The position numbers and the translations under genes are program-made. A stretch of DNA of 63,335 bases, filler included, from Octopus bimaculoides (taxonomy: Eukaryota): assembly GCF_001194135.2 (NCBI RefSeq). It is 8 parts of 7 records of this genome, joined end to end, with 100 filler letters (N's around TTAATTAATTAA, not from the genome) between each part and the next. Parts side by side here need not be neighbours in the genome. Positions count along the whole stretch, not along the records: positions 47,783 to 58,201 come from NC_068990.1; positions 58,302 to 61,632 come from NC_068989.1; 6 more parts are not named here. One strand, written 5' to 3'. Numbering within the stretch: position 1 is the stretch's first letter; each line of letters starts with the position of its first letter. Positions 47,783 through 59,895 of the stretch are shown piece by piece. Under the pieces are notes generated by a model. The model saw only the letters and a program-made list of their open reading frames with translations, had not been told where the DNA came from and did not search any database.

Positions 47783-49407
47783 CTAATAAGTAGGAAGGTA
47801 GATAAAACACAAACCCCATCAGGTAGATGGCCCTGCTCAGTATGTAGAAAAGGAGTAGGTAGTAACTCTATAAGATGTACCCGGTGCAAGCTATGGACAC
47901 ATAAGAGGTGCAGCAAATTCAAAGGCAGGTTAACTAGGAAGTTAGTTTTTGTTTGTGGCAGATGTTCAGGTGCAATAAAGACTGTAAACAAACAGGAAAC
48001 AACTTCTATCTCATTCCAGAGTGAAAAACTAGAGGTAGTCGATAGCTTCCGCTATCTGGGCGACCAAGTTAGTAGATGTACCCAGTGTAAGCTATGGACA
48101 CATAAAAGGTGCAGTAATATCAAAGGAAGGCTAACTAGCAAGATAGTTTTTGCATGCGGCAGATGCTCAGGAGTAATAAACACTGAAAATGTGCAGAAAA
48201 CCTTTGCCACACTCCAGTGAGAAAAACCAGAAGTAGTTGATAGCTTCCGCTACCTAGGCGACCAAGTTTGTAGCGGGGGAGGTTGCACTGAAAGTGTAGC
48301 TGCTAGAATAAGAATAGCCTGGGCAAAGTTTAGAGGGCTCTTACCTCTGCTGGTGACAAAGGTCCTCTAGCTCAGAATAATAAGCAGACTGTATGACGCA
48401 TGTGTACGAACAACCATGCTACATGGCAGTGAAACATGGGCTGTGACTGCTGAGGACATGCGTAAGCTTGCAAGAAACGAAGTCAGTATGCTCCGATGGA
48501 TGTGTAATGTCAGTGTGCATACTCAACAGAGTGTAAGTGCCTTGAGAGAAAAGTTAGACCTAAGAAGCATCAGTTGTGGTGTGCAAGAGAGACGATTGTG
48601 CTGGTATGGACATGTGGAAAGAATTGTTGAGGATAGCTGTGTGAAAAAGTGCCACACCCTAGCAGTTGAGGGAACCTGTGGAAGAGGTAGACTCAGAAGA
48701 CCTGGGATGAGGTGGTGAAGCACAACCTTTGAACTTTATGCCTCATCAAGACAATGACCAGTGACCGGGTCCTTTGGAAATATGCTGTGCGTGAGAAGAC
48801 CCGGCAAGGCAAGTGAGAGCATAATCTGTGACCTCTGCCAGAAGTGTAGCCAGCTCACTAATTCATATCTTTACTTCATTGGGCACTAAAAACCCTGCTT
48901 GTGAAGACCTGTTGGGGCAAGTGAAATCGTAATTGAATCATACTCGATGACTGGCACCTGTGCCAGTGGAGCACTAATAGCATTGTCAAGCGTGTTCATT
49001 GCCAGAGCAGCTGTCTGGCTTCCATGCTAGTGGCCTGTAAATAGCACCATTTGAGCGTAATAGTTACCAGCGTTGCCTTCTAGCACTTGTGCTGGTGGCA
49101 CGTTAGAAAATCATTCGAGCGAGGTTGTTGCCAGTGCTGGTGGACTGGCTCCCGTGCAGGTGGCACATAAAAAACACCTTTTTGAGCGTGGCCATTGCCA
49201 GTACCGTGTGACTGGCCTTCGTGCCTGTGGCACGTAAAAGCACCCGCTACACTCTTGGAGTGGCTGGTGTTAGGAAGGGCATCCAGCTGTAGAAACCCTG
49301 CCAGATCAGATTGGAGCCTGGTGCAGCCTTCTGGCTTGCCAGTCCTCAGTCAAATCGTCCAACCCATGCTAGCATGGAAAGCGGACGTTAAACGATGATG
49401 ATGATGA
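47783..49407 (+). mobile_element. RTE LINE 3' portion with Cys-rich insertion in RT, long repetitive 3' UTR and (GAT)n tail
   Basis: CSVCRKGVGSNSIRCTRCKLWTHKRC...CGRC; VDSFRYLGDQ; MLHGSETWAV...RRLCWYGHV; repeated GTGCC.GTGGCAC.TAAAA motifs; ends ACGATGATGATGATGA. Confidence 0.92.
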
Positions 49408-50307
49408 GTAGACTTTCTTTTGTTTTACCGTTTTCTTTGACTGGCATTTCGTCTGTATATGCCCAATTTTACCACACTTAAAACAGGTTTTATCTTTAAA
49501 GGAGCAGTCTTTCCTCAAATGTCGCTCTCCGCAACCATAGCACCGTTTTGAAATTAAATTCTTCCTTCTTTGTATACTTTCTTTACACATTTGTACATTA
49601 TTCTTGTCTTCTATTTTCCTTGTATCATCTCAAAGGTTTATTGTTTGTCGGCATTCTTCAGCCACTTTCTGCAAAGTGAGTTTCACATCTTGGTTCAACT
49701 TTGATATTCTTTTTATAATTTCCGCGTCTTCCATTGCCACTAGCCCTTTAACGAATATTAAACACATGAACATATCTGGCATTAATTCTTCCAACTTGAA
49801 CCTTTTGCAAGCCTTGTTAACCATACCAGCATATGTCACAAAATCATCAGACTCATTTTCCCTTAAGTTTAAACATTTCCATCGAATGTTAAACTGTGAA
49901 CTTTTCTCGCTAAAAATATTCATCAAAATATTTATTGTTTCCTCAAAACACAATTCCGAGGGCTTTCTCGGCAAAATAAAGTTACAAAAAGTTTCGTGTT
50001 CCGAAATAGCAAGCTTTTGCAAAAGGAGTCTTACCTTCCTTTCACTAGACCATCCCTTGCATTCCTCTCAGAATATATCTTCGTATCATCTCTAACATGC
50101 AGCAAAAGTAGTTCCTTCATCCCGATTGTACTGAAATTCTTCGATGGAATTTGCAACACCATCTGCTGAAAATGATTCTGTACTATTTCTCGCCTGCAGT
50201 AAAAATTCTGTTAACTTCTGTAGTTGCTGCTGCTGCTGCTCTTGTTGTTTTACTACTGCTTTCAGTAACTCTTTCATTTTTGGTGCTATTAGAAACCTCG
50301 TCGCCAC
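49408..50307 (-). pseudogene. gag: Ty3/Gypsy (Mag-like) gag with two zinc knuckles
   Basis: CYGCGERHLRKDC (Cx2Cx3Hx4C) and CFKCGKIGHIQTKC (Cx2Cx4Hx4C); FCNFILPRKPSELCFEETI; in-frame stops; pol absent. Confidence 0.85.
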
Positions 50308-50466
50308 TGTTATGTCTCAAGCTACTGCTATCTAGCACCTTCGGATGATCTCTACTCAACCGCTACACAACTGTTACTCGACTGCTACTCAACACACCTA
50401 CCACGGACAGACTACCTCTATTTATATGTCTTGAGAGATCCTACTTCTGGGGGCATCGACACAACA
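50296..50466 (-). mobile_element. 159-bp 5' LTR (50308-50466) and primer-binding site (50296-50306) of the Mag-like element
   Basis: The minus strand begins TGTTGTGTC, contains TATAAATAG, ends CATAACA, then G-TGGCGACGAGG. Confidence 0.8.
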
Positions 50467-50494
50467 GTTACCTTGCCAGAAGATTTTATATTTA

Positions 50495-50660
50495 TGTGCC
50501 TTGCCTGTGAGGACCTTAGCTGAAGCTCCTCTCCATCTTACCTCTTGTAAGCAGCATATGTTGACATGTCTCTTTTCAAGCATCTCTACAATCTCACTAG
50601 ACCTACCTTTTAGTGTACCAACATTGACAGTGCCAACTCTGAAAACTGGGAAAAGAATGT
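50495..50660 (-). pseudogene. RTE apurinic endonuclease N-terminus
   Basis: RVGTVNVGTLKGRSSEIVEMLEKRHVNICCLQEVRWRGASAKVLTGK. Confidence 0.85.
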
Positions 50661-51481
50661 GGGGTGAGGCGCGGGAAGGAGAGATATTATTCAGTGCCTG
50701 AAAAGAAGAGGGAGGTTGTCATGTTCGTTTTTTTAGGCATGCTTCACCTGTTGTCACTTCCGACATGACATCATTCAAAACTTCAAGCGTGTTAAGATTG
50801 TTGCCCCTACTGGAGGTAGGAGTAGGTGTTAGCGACATTGTAAGTATAATCATTATGGTCATTGTAAAAAAAAAGGGGGGGGGGGTGTATCAGATAGAGT
50901 GAGAGGAAGCAAGCTCATCCATACACACAAACACAAGTACGCACGCACGCACACATACAGCCCATTAGCTGTCTCCTTCACATGATATGTGCATGGAAAA
51001 TTACTGGGTAGTTGTTGGCATATTTCTAGACGGAACAAAACCTAACAAAAGATAGTTGGTTGAGTAGGTGGGCNNNNNNNNNNNNNNNNNNNNNNNNNNN
51101 NNNNNNNNNNNNNNNNNNNNNNNNNNNNNNNNNNNNNNNNNNNNNNNNNNNNNNNNNNNNNNNNNNNNNNNNNNNNNNNNNNNNNNNNNNNNNNNNNNNN
51201 NNNNNNNNNNNNNNNNNNNNNNNNNNNNNNNNNNNNNNNNNNNNNNNNNNNNNNNNNNNNNNNNNNNNNNNNNNNNNNNNNNNNNNNNNNNNNNNNNNNN
51301 NNNNNNNNNNNNNNNNNNNNNNNNNNNNNNNNNNNNNNNNNNNNNNNNNNNNNNNNNNNNNNNNNNNNNNNNNNNNNNNNNNNNNNNNNNNNNNNNNNNN
51401 NNNNNNNNNNNNNNNNNNNNNNNNNNNNNNNNNNNNNNNNNNNNNNNNNNNNNNNNNNNNNNNNNNNNNNNNNNNNNNNNN

Positions 51482-51655
51482 NTGGTGCATCTCATGTGCC
51501 ACCCGCACAAGAGCCAGTCCAGGGGCACTGGCAACGATCTTACTTGGCTTGCCGGGTCTTCTCACGCACAGCACATTTCCAAAGGTCTCGGTCAGTAGTC
51601 ATCGCATCGGTGAGGCCCAATGTACGAAGGTCTTGCCTCACCATTTGAACATGCA
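51482..51655 (-). mobile_element. RTE 3' end fragment
   Basis: The reverse complement matches 48710-48815 (GACCTTTGGAAAT.TGCTGTGCGTGAGAAGACCCGGCAAG). Confidence 0.8.
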
Positions 51656-51719
51656 GCCTTCTCCAATTTATTTTGGTGTTCCTTGACATTCCTTTCTTCT
51701 CAATGGTTTTTCTTCCTTT

Positions 51720-52478
51720 ATAAAATTAGCAATCTTCCGCTCCCTCAATTCCATGGGGAAGCGAAAATGTGGTTCTTGCAACTGGAGTCCTACTTTATTG
51801 CTACTAGTACTTGCCAGCCACTGGCCAAACTGCAGATCGCATTGTCCGGCTCACTGTCCACTCGTTTTGTCTGTCAAGGATTTGCTTACAGATACACGAG
51901 ATGGGATTCTTACAAAGAGTTCAAGTCCAAGATGCTATGTAGAGAGCAAGTTCCGCTCACTGCTACAAGATGAATATTTGGAAGACAGGAAACCAACTGA
52001 GTTTTTGAGATGGCTACTAGAGCTTGCAGACGACTCTTACAAGGTTCAGGCTTTTGTTAAGCAATTCTTTTTCTCTCGTATGCCGCTCAACATCTAGTTG
52101 GCCCTGGTGCATCTGGTGGACACCACTCCTATTGACCAAATGGCCACCACAGCAGACAGGATTCCTGAGTTCTCCAAAAACCCTTCTGTGGATAATATTG
52201 CTGGTGCCTCCTCTAAAAATTCTTCCATCAAGGCAGATAAACAATATTTGGGACCCTTGAAAGTGATCCAGGAACTCACTCAGCAGGTTTTGCGCCTCTT
52301 TAGGAATCGCTCTTCTTTTTCTTCTTCACAGTCCCATTCAAAAAACCGGCCCAGACAGCGTTCTCCTTCATGTAACCTTGCACTGCCAGCCCCTCCAGTT
52401 TGCTGGTACCACATACGGTTCAAGGATCAAGCTCATCATTGTATAAAGCCCTGCTCTTACATCTTAGCGGAAAACTAG
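51720..52478 (+). pseudogene. gag: CsRN1-like gag
   Basis: LPLPQFHGEAKMWFLQLESYF, LEDRKPTEFLR, C-terminal CWYHIRFKDQAHHCIKPC (CHCC motif). Confidence 0.8.
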
Positions 52479-52529
52479 CCAGGGAGACCCTGTGCACATC
52501 AGTCGTCTCCCCCACTGAAAATCCTCACC

Positions 52530-54990
52530 ATGCATTCTTCATCTGTGACACAAAATCTTCAAAGTCTTTTATGATAGACACAGGAGCCAGTGTTAGCATT
52601 TGACCTTGACAGTATACGTTCACCAATCCTGTTCTCTCATACATTTCTTTGTTCGTGATTAACCATTCTGCTATCAAAACCTATGGTCAAATCTCCCTTA
52701 CTCTTGATTTGTCACTCCATAGGGTATTCCGGTGTATTTTCGTTATTGCTGACTTACTACATCCAATTTTGGGTGCAAATTTTCTTCACCATTATTTAGC
52801 CCTAGGGGATGTCGACTTTTAGATAGAACTACTTTCCTCACTGCCTCCAGAGAGGATACTACTGTTCCTGCTGTGAGTCCGTATTTCTTCATAACTGCTG
52901 CTGGAAACACGTATCTATAGTTACTTGCTTCATTTCCCAAATTAATGGATTTGACATTCCAGCTAACCTAGCCAGTTCATTCTACTAGGCATTTTATAAT
53001 GACTAAAGGACCTCCTGTATTTTCCAGACCTTGTCGTTTGTCTCCAGAAAAGCTACAGATTGCCAGAGGTGGCTTACCTTTTGTTTTCGCATATGTGGAT
53101 GATCTCCTAATTGCCAGCATCACTCAGGATCAACATATCCAGCATTTAACAGAGTTGTTCCAACGTTTGTGTTATTTTAGTGTAAAGATCAATCCGTCCA
53201 AGTGTGAGTTTGGATCTTCCAGCTTGGAACATTTGGGGCACCGCATAGATGATGGCATTTGTCCGCTTCCGTCTAAAGCAGAGGCCATCAAATGTTTGTC
53301 TCCTCCTCCGTCTTTAAAACAGTTAAGAACATTTCTGGGTCTAATTAATTTCTATAGAAGATTCATTTCCAACTGTGTGAAAAAGTTGTCCCCTCTGACC
53401 CAACTTTTAAAAGGACAGCTGTCTAAAGATGCTAATATTTCATTGTCTCCTACTGCTTTGCAAGCTTTTGAAAAGGCCAAGACTGGGCTAGCCATTGCAT
53501 CCTTTCTGGCTTGTCCTGCTTCTGATGCCAGTCTATCTCTAACAGTTGACGCTTCTGATTTAGCTGTGGGTGCTGTGTTGCAGCAAACTGTAAATGGACA
53601 AACTCAACCATTGGCTTTCTTTTCTCACCAGTTGAAACCTGCTGAATTGCATTACAGTGTTTTCAGTAAAGAACTTTTAGCTATTTATCTTGCGGTGAAG
53701 AATTTTGCTCACCTTCTCGAGAGTAGGGAGTTCACGGTTTTCACCCATCATAAACTGTTTACCAAAACTGACCGTACTCACCCAGAGAGACCAGGCACTT
53801 GGATTATATCTCGCAGTTCACCAGTAACATTTGCTACATTGCAAGCACAGACATTCCTGCAGACGCACTGTCTCACCTCTTTGTTGTCTCCTACCTCAAT
53901 TGATCTGGTTGCTATGGATGCAGACTAACCTTCCTTGGACTCTTTGAATATGGCTGAATATGCAACGTTCTATTACTGTTTGGTCACGTGCCCATCTATG
54001 TTGTTAGCATGCAAAAATACACAGACATGTGTAAGCTCCTTTGGGGCACTTCCAGCTGCTGGATTCCAGGTTCCAGCACATTCATATCAACATTGTTGGT
54101 CCACGGCCTATCAGTTGCGGGATCATGTATATTCTGACCTGCCTTGACAGATTCTCCAGATGGCCTGAAGCCATCCCTCTGGTGGATATTTCTACAGTCT
54201 CTGTTGCCAGAGCACTCATTTCAGGTTGGATCTCTTGTTTTGGAATACGTCAAAGATCACGACTGATCAAGGTCACCAGTTTGAATCTAGTTTATTTTGT
54301 GAACTGTCACAATAACTCAGAATACAGCATATTCACACCACAAGCTACCACCCTGCTGCGAACGGAATGGTAGAGCATTTTCATAGGCAGCTAAAAGCCG
54401 CGAATTGTGCTGCTCCTGAATCCCATCGTTGGTAGGAATTCCTTCCTATTGTTCTACTAGGCTACTGTTCAGCCATCAAAGCAGATTTGGGATACTCTTC
54501 TGCCAAAATCTTGTATGGCACCACTTTGGTACTACTTGGCCAAATGTTAGCACCCATTGTGTACAGAATGCCTACCCAACTTTGTATATCATTCAACTTA
54601 GATCCTTCTTTGTGGACCTACCTCCAATGTTGCCTAGTCAACAGTCTGTACCTTCTCACATATCCACATGGATGCATGTGTTTATTCGGAACAACTCCAT
54701 CAAGGGTCCATTGATGCCACTTTATTCTAGTCCTTACTGGGTACTTAAGCACAGAAAGAAACTGTTTATTATGGACATGAACGGAAAAGATATGTCTCTG
54801 TTGACAGAGTTTAAAAAGCATTCACCAAAACAGACACACTTATCTTTCCACAGACATTTTCATGTCCAGCACCACAACAAGCACCTACACCCAACAAAAC
54901 AAACAAATTGCAAAGACACTCTACAGCAACCTCAACACATTCAGGCAGGTCGGTACATTGGCCGAAAAGACTATCAAAAACAATTTTTAT
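52530..54990 (+). pseudogene. pol: Gypsy pol relic: protease, truncated RT, RNase H, integrase
   Basis: FMIDTGASVS; FAYVDDLLIAS; LRTFLGLINFYRRF; TVDASDLAVGAVLQQ; HINIVGP...LTCLDRFSRWPEAIP; SYHPAANGMVE.FHRQLK. Confidence 0.92.
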
Positions 54991-56119
54991 AAGACTTTCT
55001 CACGTTAACTGTTACGATGACACTCATGTGTTTTCCAATTTCACATTCTTGTTACAAAAACAAAGAAGAGAAAAAATCCACACAGATATTTGTATATATA
55101 TCCACACTACACACAGCACACTGTCTGCCTTGCATCACATACATCCATACAGTTGTATATATGTCCAGAAGCACCACACACACACTGTTGTTTTCCTTTT
55201 GTATACCTGTTGCATTTACTTTTGTTCTTTGTGCATGTAGATTTTTTCTTGATGTTTATTCTTTTTCACATTGTACACATTTCTCTCACTGTTGCCTCTT
55301 TGCAATCTGTGTGTTTGTATTCCCTTAACTTTCTGTCCACCATTCATTAGTTCCGACTTCGAGTCTTGCAGGGGGTGGGCATGTAGACAGTTACCTCCCT
55401 TGAAACCAGTTGTCTCGTCCATTGGCCACTGGATGGCGCATGTCATGGTGTTGCATTGTTGGAGAATTAAATCTATAGCTTTTGGACGACATAACCAAAG
55501 TGATTAGACGTATTTTCATCCTGCTGCGATTCCAAGTGATGTAACAGTCAAACATAACCACCTCTTATGTATATGAATACAAACGCACAGAAACTGCCTT
55601 TATCTCTCTCTATACAAATACTGTAATTTGCATGCAGTATAAAGATTAAAATGACTTATGGCCATATTTGCAAATTCTTATCTTTTTATTCTTGTATTTG
55701 GAGAATGTCTACCTTCTACATTTCAGGTTTTCTTTGTTAGGAGCAAAAATTCCTAAACCACTTATCCCCCTACACTTCACAATGTATTCCTACTACTGTC
55801 CCTTGTCACCTTGTCCTCTCTGACTTACTCCTATTTTTTTCCTTCACTTCTCCGCCACCAAACTGATATTCCATATCTCTGTCACACTATTTTTGCTATA
55901 GCACACTTATCTACCCATTTATCTTTTCTGCTTCTCTATCCTTTTTGTCTTTGTATTCACCTTAACTTGATCTCACATCTTCCTCTTAAAACAGAGAAGC
56001 CTTGTATTCACCTCTTCAGCAAGACACTTGCTTTAGTCTCTCTATCATATTTTCATATCCCTTAATACTATACCCCACTAAGTTAACAGGTCTTGTCTTG
56101 CATGTACTTGGTGATATCA

Positions 56120-56318
56120 ACAATGCTGGTGCCATGAAAAAACAAAAAAAAAAAAACACCTAGTACACTCTGTGAAGTGATTAGCATTAGGAAAAGCATC
56201 TAACTGTAGAAATCATGCCAAAGATGATATTGGAGTTCAGCACAGCCTCCTGGTTTGTCTGTTAATGTCGAACCATCATCCAACCCATGTCAGCATGGGA
56301 AAAGGGTTAAATGATGAT
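56120..56318 (+). mobile_element. SINE/RTE 3' tail fragment
   Basis: GGAAAAGCATCTAACTGTAGAAA...CAACCCATGTCAGCATGGGAAAA...TAAATGATGATG. Confidence 0.7.
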
Positions 56319-56809
56319 GGTAACAATGGTGTGTATGTGTATACACACACACATTTTACTTGCTGAATCAGTGCAATATTCTTTCTTGCACACTATATTA
56401 TACTTCTTATATACAGTTGTTTTTTTCTCAGCTCACACTGTCATTCATGCACATTAACATTATACACCCAGCAGATTACACTTGCTTCATTTCTTTCAAG
56501 TCTTTACAAATTCTTGGCACTTCACAACCATGTAGCATTGCAATTCATACACAAGCACCATGCAATCTTCCCTTCACCCTGAGAGAGAAACTTATTACTG
56601 GTAGGAATAATAGCTTACTGAACTTTACCAACTCATTTTTACACTGGTTACCAAGCTTTCAAAACATCAAACCTCAGAACATCAGTCAATATAAAGTTTA
56701 AGACCCATTAACAAAAAAAAACAAAAAAACAGTCTACTAAGTGTTAAAAACTGTGTAGAAAACGAATATGAAAAAGAATAATTGCGCAAACGAACATGGG
56801 GGTGTGGAG

Positions 56810-57205
56810 AGGATTTTCGGAAAATTCGCAAGATCAGATTTTTCCCTCATAACTTTCAGGAAAATGGATGAATTTGATGAAATTTTATAGAAATGGATGA
56901 AAATTGATGAAATTTTATAGAAATACCATTCAAATGACACAAATTATGATTATAAAGAAATTTCTGGGGAAAATTGCTTTGGAATGGGTGGGGAGAGAAC
57001 TGTTGGATATTCACATGATCCGTTTTTTCCCCCCCTCATAACTTTCATAAAAATGGATATCTTTCAATGAAATTTTACAGAAACACCTTTCAAACAGCAT
57101 TGATTATGATTATAAAGAAATTTGTGAAGAAAATGTTTTCCGAAGGGGTGCAGAGAGCACTGTCAGATAGTTCACACAGTCTGTTTTTTTCCCCCTCATA
57201 ACTTT
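56810..57205. repeat. Satellite-like tandem array (about 160-190-bp units) with nested 30-bp duplication
   Basis: CCCTCATAACTTTCA recurs at about 56845, 57032 and 57192; TTATGATTATAAAGAAATTT recurs; AAATGGATGAA.TTGATGAAATTTTATAG occurs twice. Confidence 0.85.
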
Positions 57206-59179
57206 CAGGATCTAGTTTAGCGCCCAGTCACTAAAATGACTTTTTTCCCCACCACCACCACCACCACATACCTATGTTTTCAATGACAGAGATTCCAAAT
57301 ATGTAAAAAACCACATTTTCAAAACTTTTTATTGGAAAGCACCCAATTTTTAATTTTTAACTTTTTTCAAATTTTTTAAAATCTACATGGAAAAATACGG
57401 AGATTAAGAATATGGAGGTGGTGGGGGACATTTGAGTTTCAAATTTTTTATGAAATACTCCAAAACTGATCAACACCCCCTCCCCTCGCAACCCTATCCC
57501 GCTGTCTAAAAGTGAAAATNNNNNNNNNNNNNNNNNNNNNNNNNNNNNNNNNNNNNNNNNNNNNNNNNNNNNNNNNNNNNNNNNNNNNNNNNNNNNNNNN
57601 NNNNNNNNNNNNNNNNNNNNNNNNNNNNNNNNNNNNNNNNNNNNNNNNNNNNNNNNNNNNNNNNNNNNNNNNNNNNNNNNNNNNNNNNNNNNNNNNNNNN
57701 NNNNNNNNNNNNNNNNNNNNNNNNNNNGAAAATGAACAGCTGTTTTGTCTGTTTCCACATGCGTAGATTTATAGTGAAACAGCAAAAGGATCACAGCATG
57801 TGAAGTCCTCACCACAAAACTGAATATGCTAAAAATAACAGCTAAATGTCTGGAGAATTTTTGTGTTTGTGTGTACATGCATGCAACAATTTCTACAGCT
57901 TGTCTGAATGAACAGAGAAAGAAGTACACAGAAATATATCTTACATACCTGTCATATACGTAGGTGTTGTTTTTCGCTTTAAAGGTAAACGATTCTGATA
58001 GAAGCAATTACCTTGCTGTCAATTCATTGGATTAATCCCAACAAAATACTACAAGTTTAGTCACTGGCTCAGCACAAATGTTTGTGTTCTTTGTTCCAAA
58101 ATAATAAAAACTTTAACATACTTCCCATCTGGTGTATCTGTAAGCAAATCCCTAACTTTATCCATGTGTATTCACGTGCATATATGTGAAAGTGTGTGTG
58201 TNNNNNNNNNNNNNNNNNNNNNNNNNNNNNNNNNNNNNNNNNNNNTTAATTAATTAANNNNNNNNNNNNNNNNNNNNNNNNNNNNNNNNNNNNNNNNNNN
58301 NATTCGAAGAAGATACATTGTTGAAAGCCTATCAACCCGAAATAGCATCAGGCATATGGTGCTAAACAACACAAAAATATATCGGTAGAAGGAGAAAATC
58401 TTTCAGGAATGGTTTTGGGTCCTTTGAGTTTTGTCAGTAACTGGTAATTCACTGGTAAATCGCATGCTAAGAAAAAGGTAACTGCTACTAGTATGGTAAA
58501 ATAGCAATTGAAAAAGTAGGCACTACTAGGCACCACGCAATTAGCTGGTAAGCGAAAAGAATATTCACCATGTGCCACAGAAAACACATAGTAAAATTCG
58601 TCCACCGGCGTCTGTGCCGTTGTTATTACAAAAAAAAAAAGCTAAGAAGCAGAAATCCATATTTAGCAATGCCACCGCAGTTGCTGGACGATGCTTGACT
58701 GCTACTGATACCATTCGTGTTTTCTTTTTTTCTGTTTTAGACTATGAATTTTAAGAGATGCTATATCGCTACAAATATCGGCAGTTAATAGGCTTTTAAA
58801 CAAATGCTACTTCTATAGCGAACATTTATCCAGCCTACCACATAGCATAGACACCACTGATTTCTACATCACAATTTTACTGTAACAGTACCGGATAATT
58901 TTCTTTTCCCTGACTCGTGTTGACCAGTGGATATCTCCTCACGAAAGCTACAGAAGTGGATATGTGACCTGAGCAATTACAGCACGGCTGCTACTGCAAT
59001 ATTTGTATTTCTATGTTTTCAACACTATATCTTGGAACGAACATAAGGTTTAGTAGGTTTTCAACAAAGTATCTGCTTTCAATATGAAAATCTGTTGTTA
59101 TTTGTAGCTAATACTGCTTCTGTCGCACAGAACGCATTTAATGCACACACACACATTCGCACACACACACATACGTACG

Positions 59180-59215
<36 letters not shown>

Positions 59216-59677
59216 GATATACGCAGACACACCTATACACACATACACACATATGTTATACTTGATATATATNNNNNNNNNNNNNNNNNNNNNNNNNNNN
59301 NNNNNNNNNNNNNNNNNNNNNNNNNNNNNNNNNNNNNNNNNNNNNNNNNNNNNNNNNNNNNNNNNNNNNNNNTTAACCACATCGTTCACAATGTCACAAG
59401 CACAAATTTCTATACACGTAATGACTCCCAATCTTAAATTGAGTTTTCCTTTTAACTACCCTTCCCATATTAAACGCGATATTAAACTCTGAATTTGCCT
59501 GTGAAGTTGCCTGTGAAGTTTCAGACAGGATTGTGAAGCCGAGGCATATTTCATAGTCAATCTTTCCATTCAACAGAGATAATTTACACAATAGTGAAAG
59601 TCTCCCTCACATATACGAGTATATCTAAACATTCTGCTATCTATATTTCTATAAAACTCCCTATCATCGTCCTTATC

Positions 59678-59895
59678 TATTTATCTGTCTCCGTCTGACC
59701 TCCGGTTAGCTACCACCAACTATTCCGGCTGAACGGAGATGCTATCTACTTATCTCCCTTCCCCTGGTGTACGGATAGCTACCGCCAACCGTTCCAGCTG
59801 TAACTTAGATGCTAGCTATTTATCTGCCTTCTTCCGGTCTCGGCATAGCTACCACCAACCATTCCAACTGTAACGGAGATGCTGATAAATTATCT
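59678..59895. repeat. Three-unit about 70-bp minisatellite
   Basis: TAGCTACC.CCAAC..TTCC..CTG.AAC..AGATGCT starts at 59707, 59776 and 59846. Confidence 0.9.

Larger units (their letters stand above)
51674..55545 (+). mobile_element. Ty3/Gypsy (CsRN1-like) retrotransposon, internally deleted, 5' LTR missing
   Basis: Degenerate PBS-like TGGTGTTCCTTGAC (51674); gag, PR, RT, RH and IN in order; PPT AGGGGGTGGG (55370-55379) then TGTAG at 55382; the LTR right end is uncertain. Confidence 0.85.

Noticed and set aside
49042-49056. TAGCACCATTTGA match to the miR-29 5' end
   Set aside because: It lies in the RTE 3' UTR repeat; there is no precursor hairpin and the rest of the mature sequence does not match.
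59678-59895. CRISPR array
   Set aside because: Eukaryotic context, only three units, linkers homologous to each other, and no cas genes.
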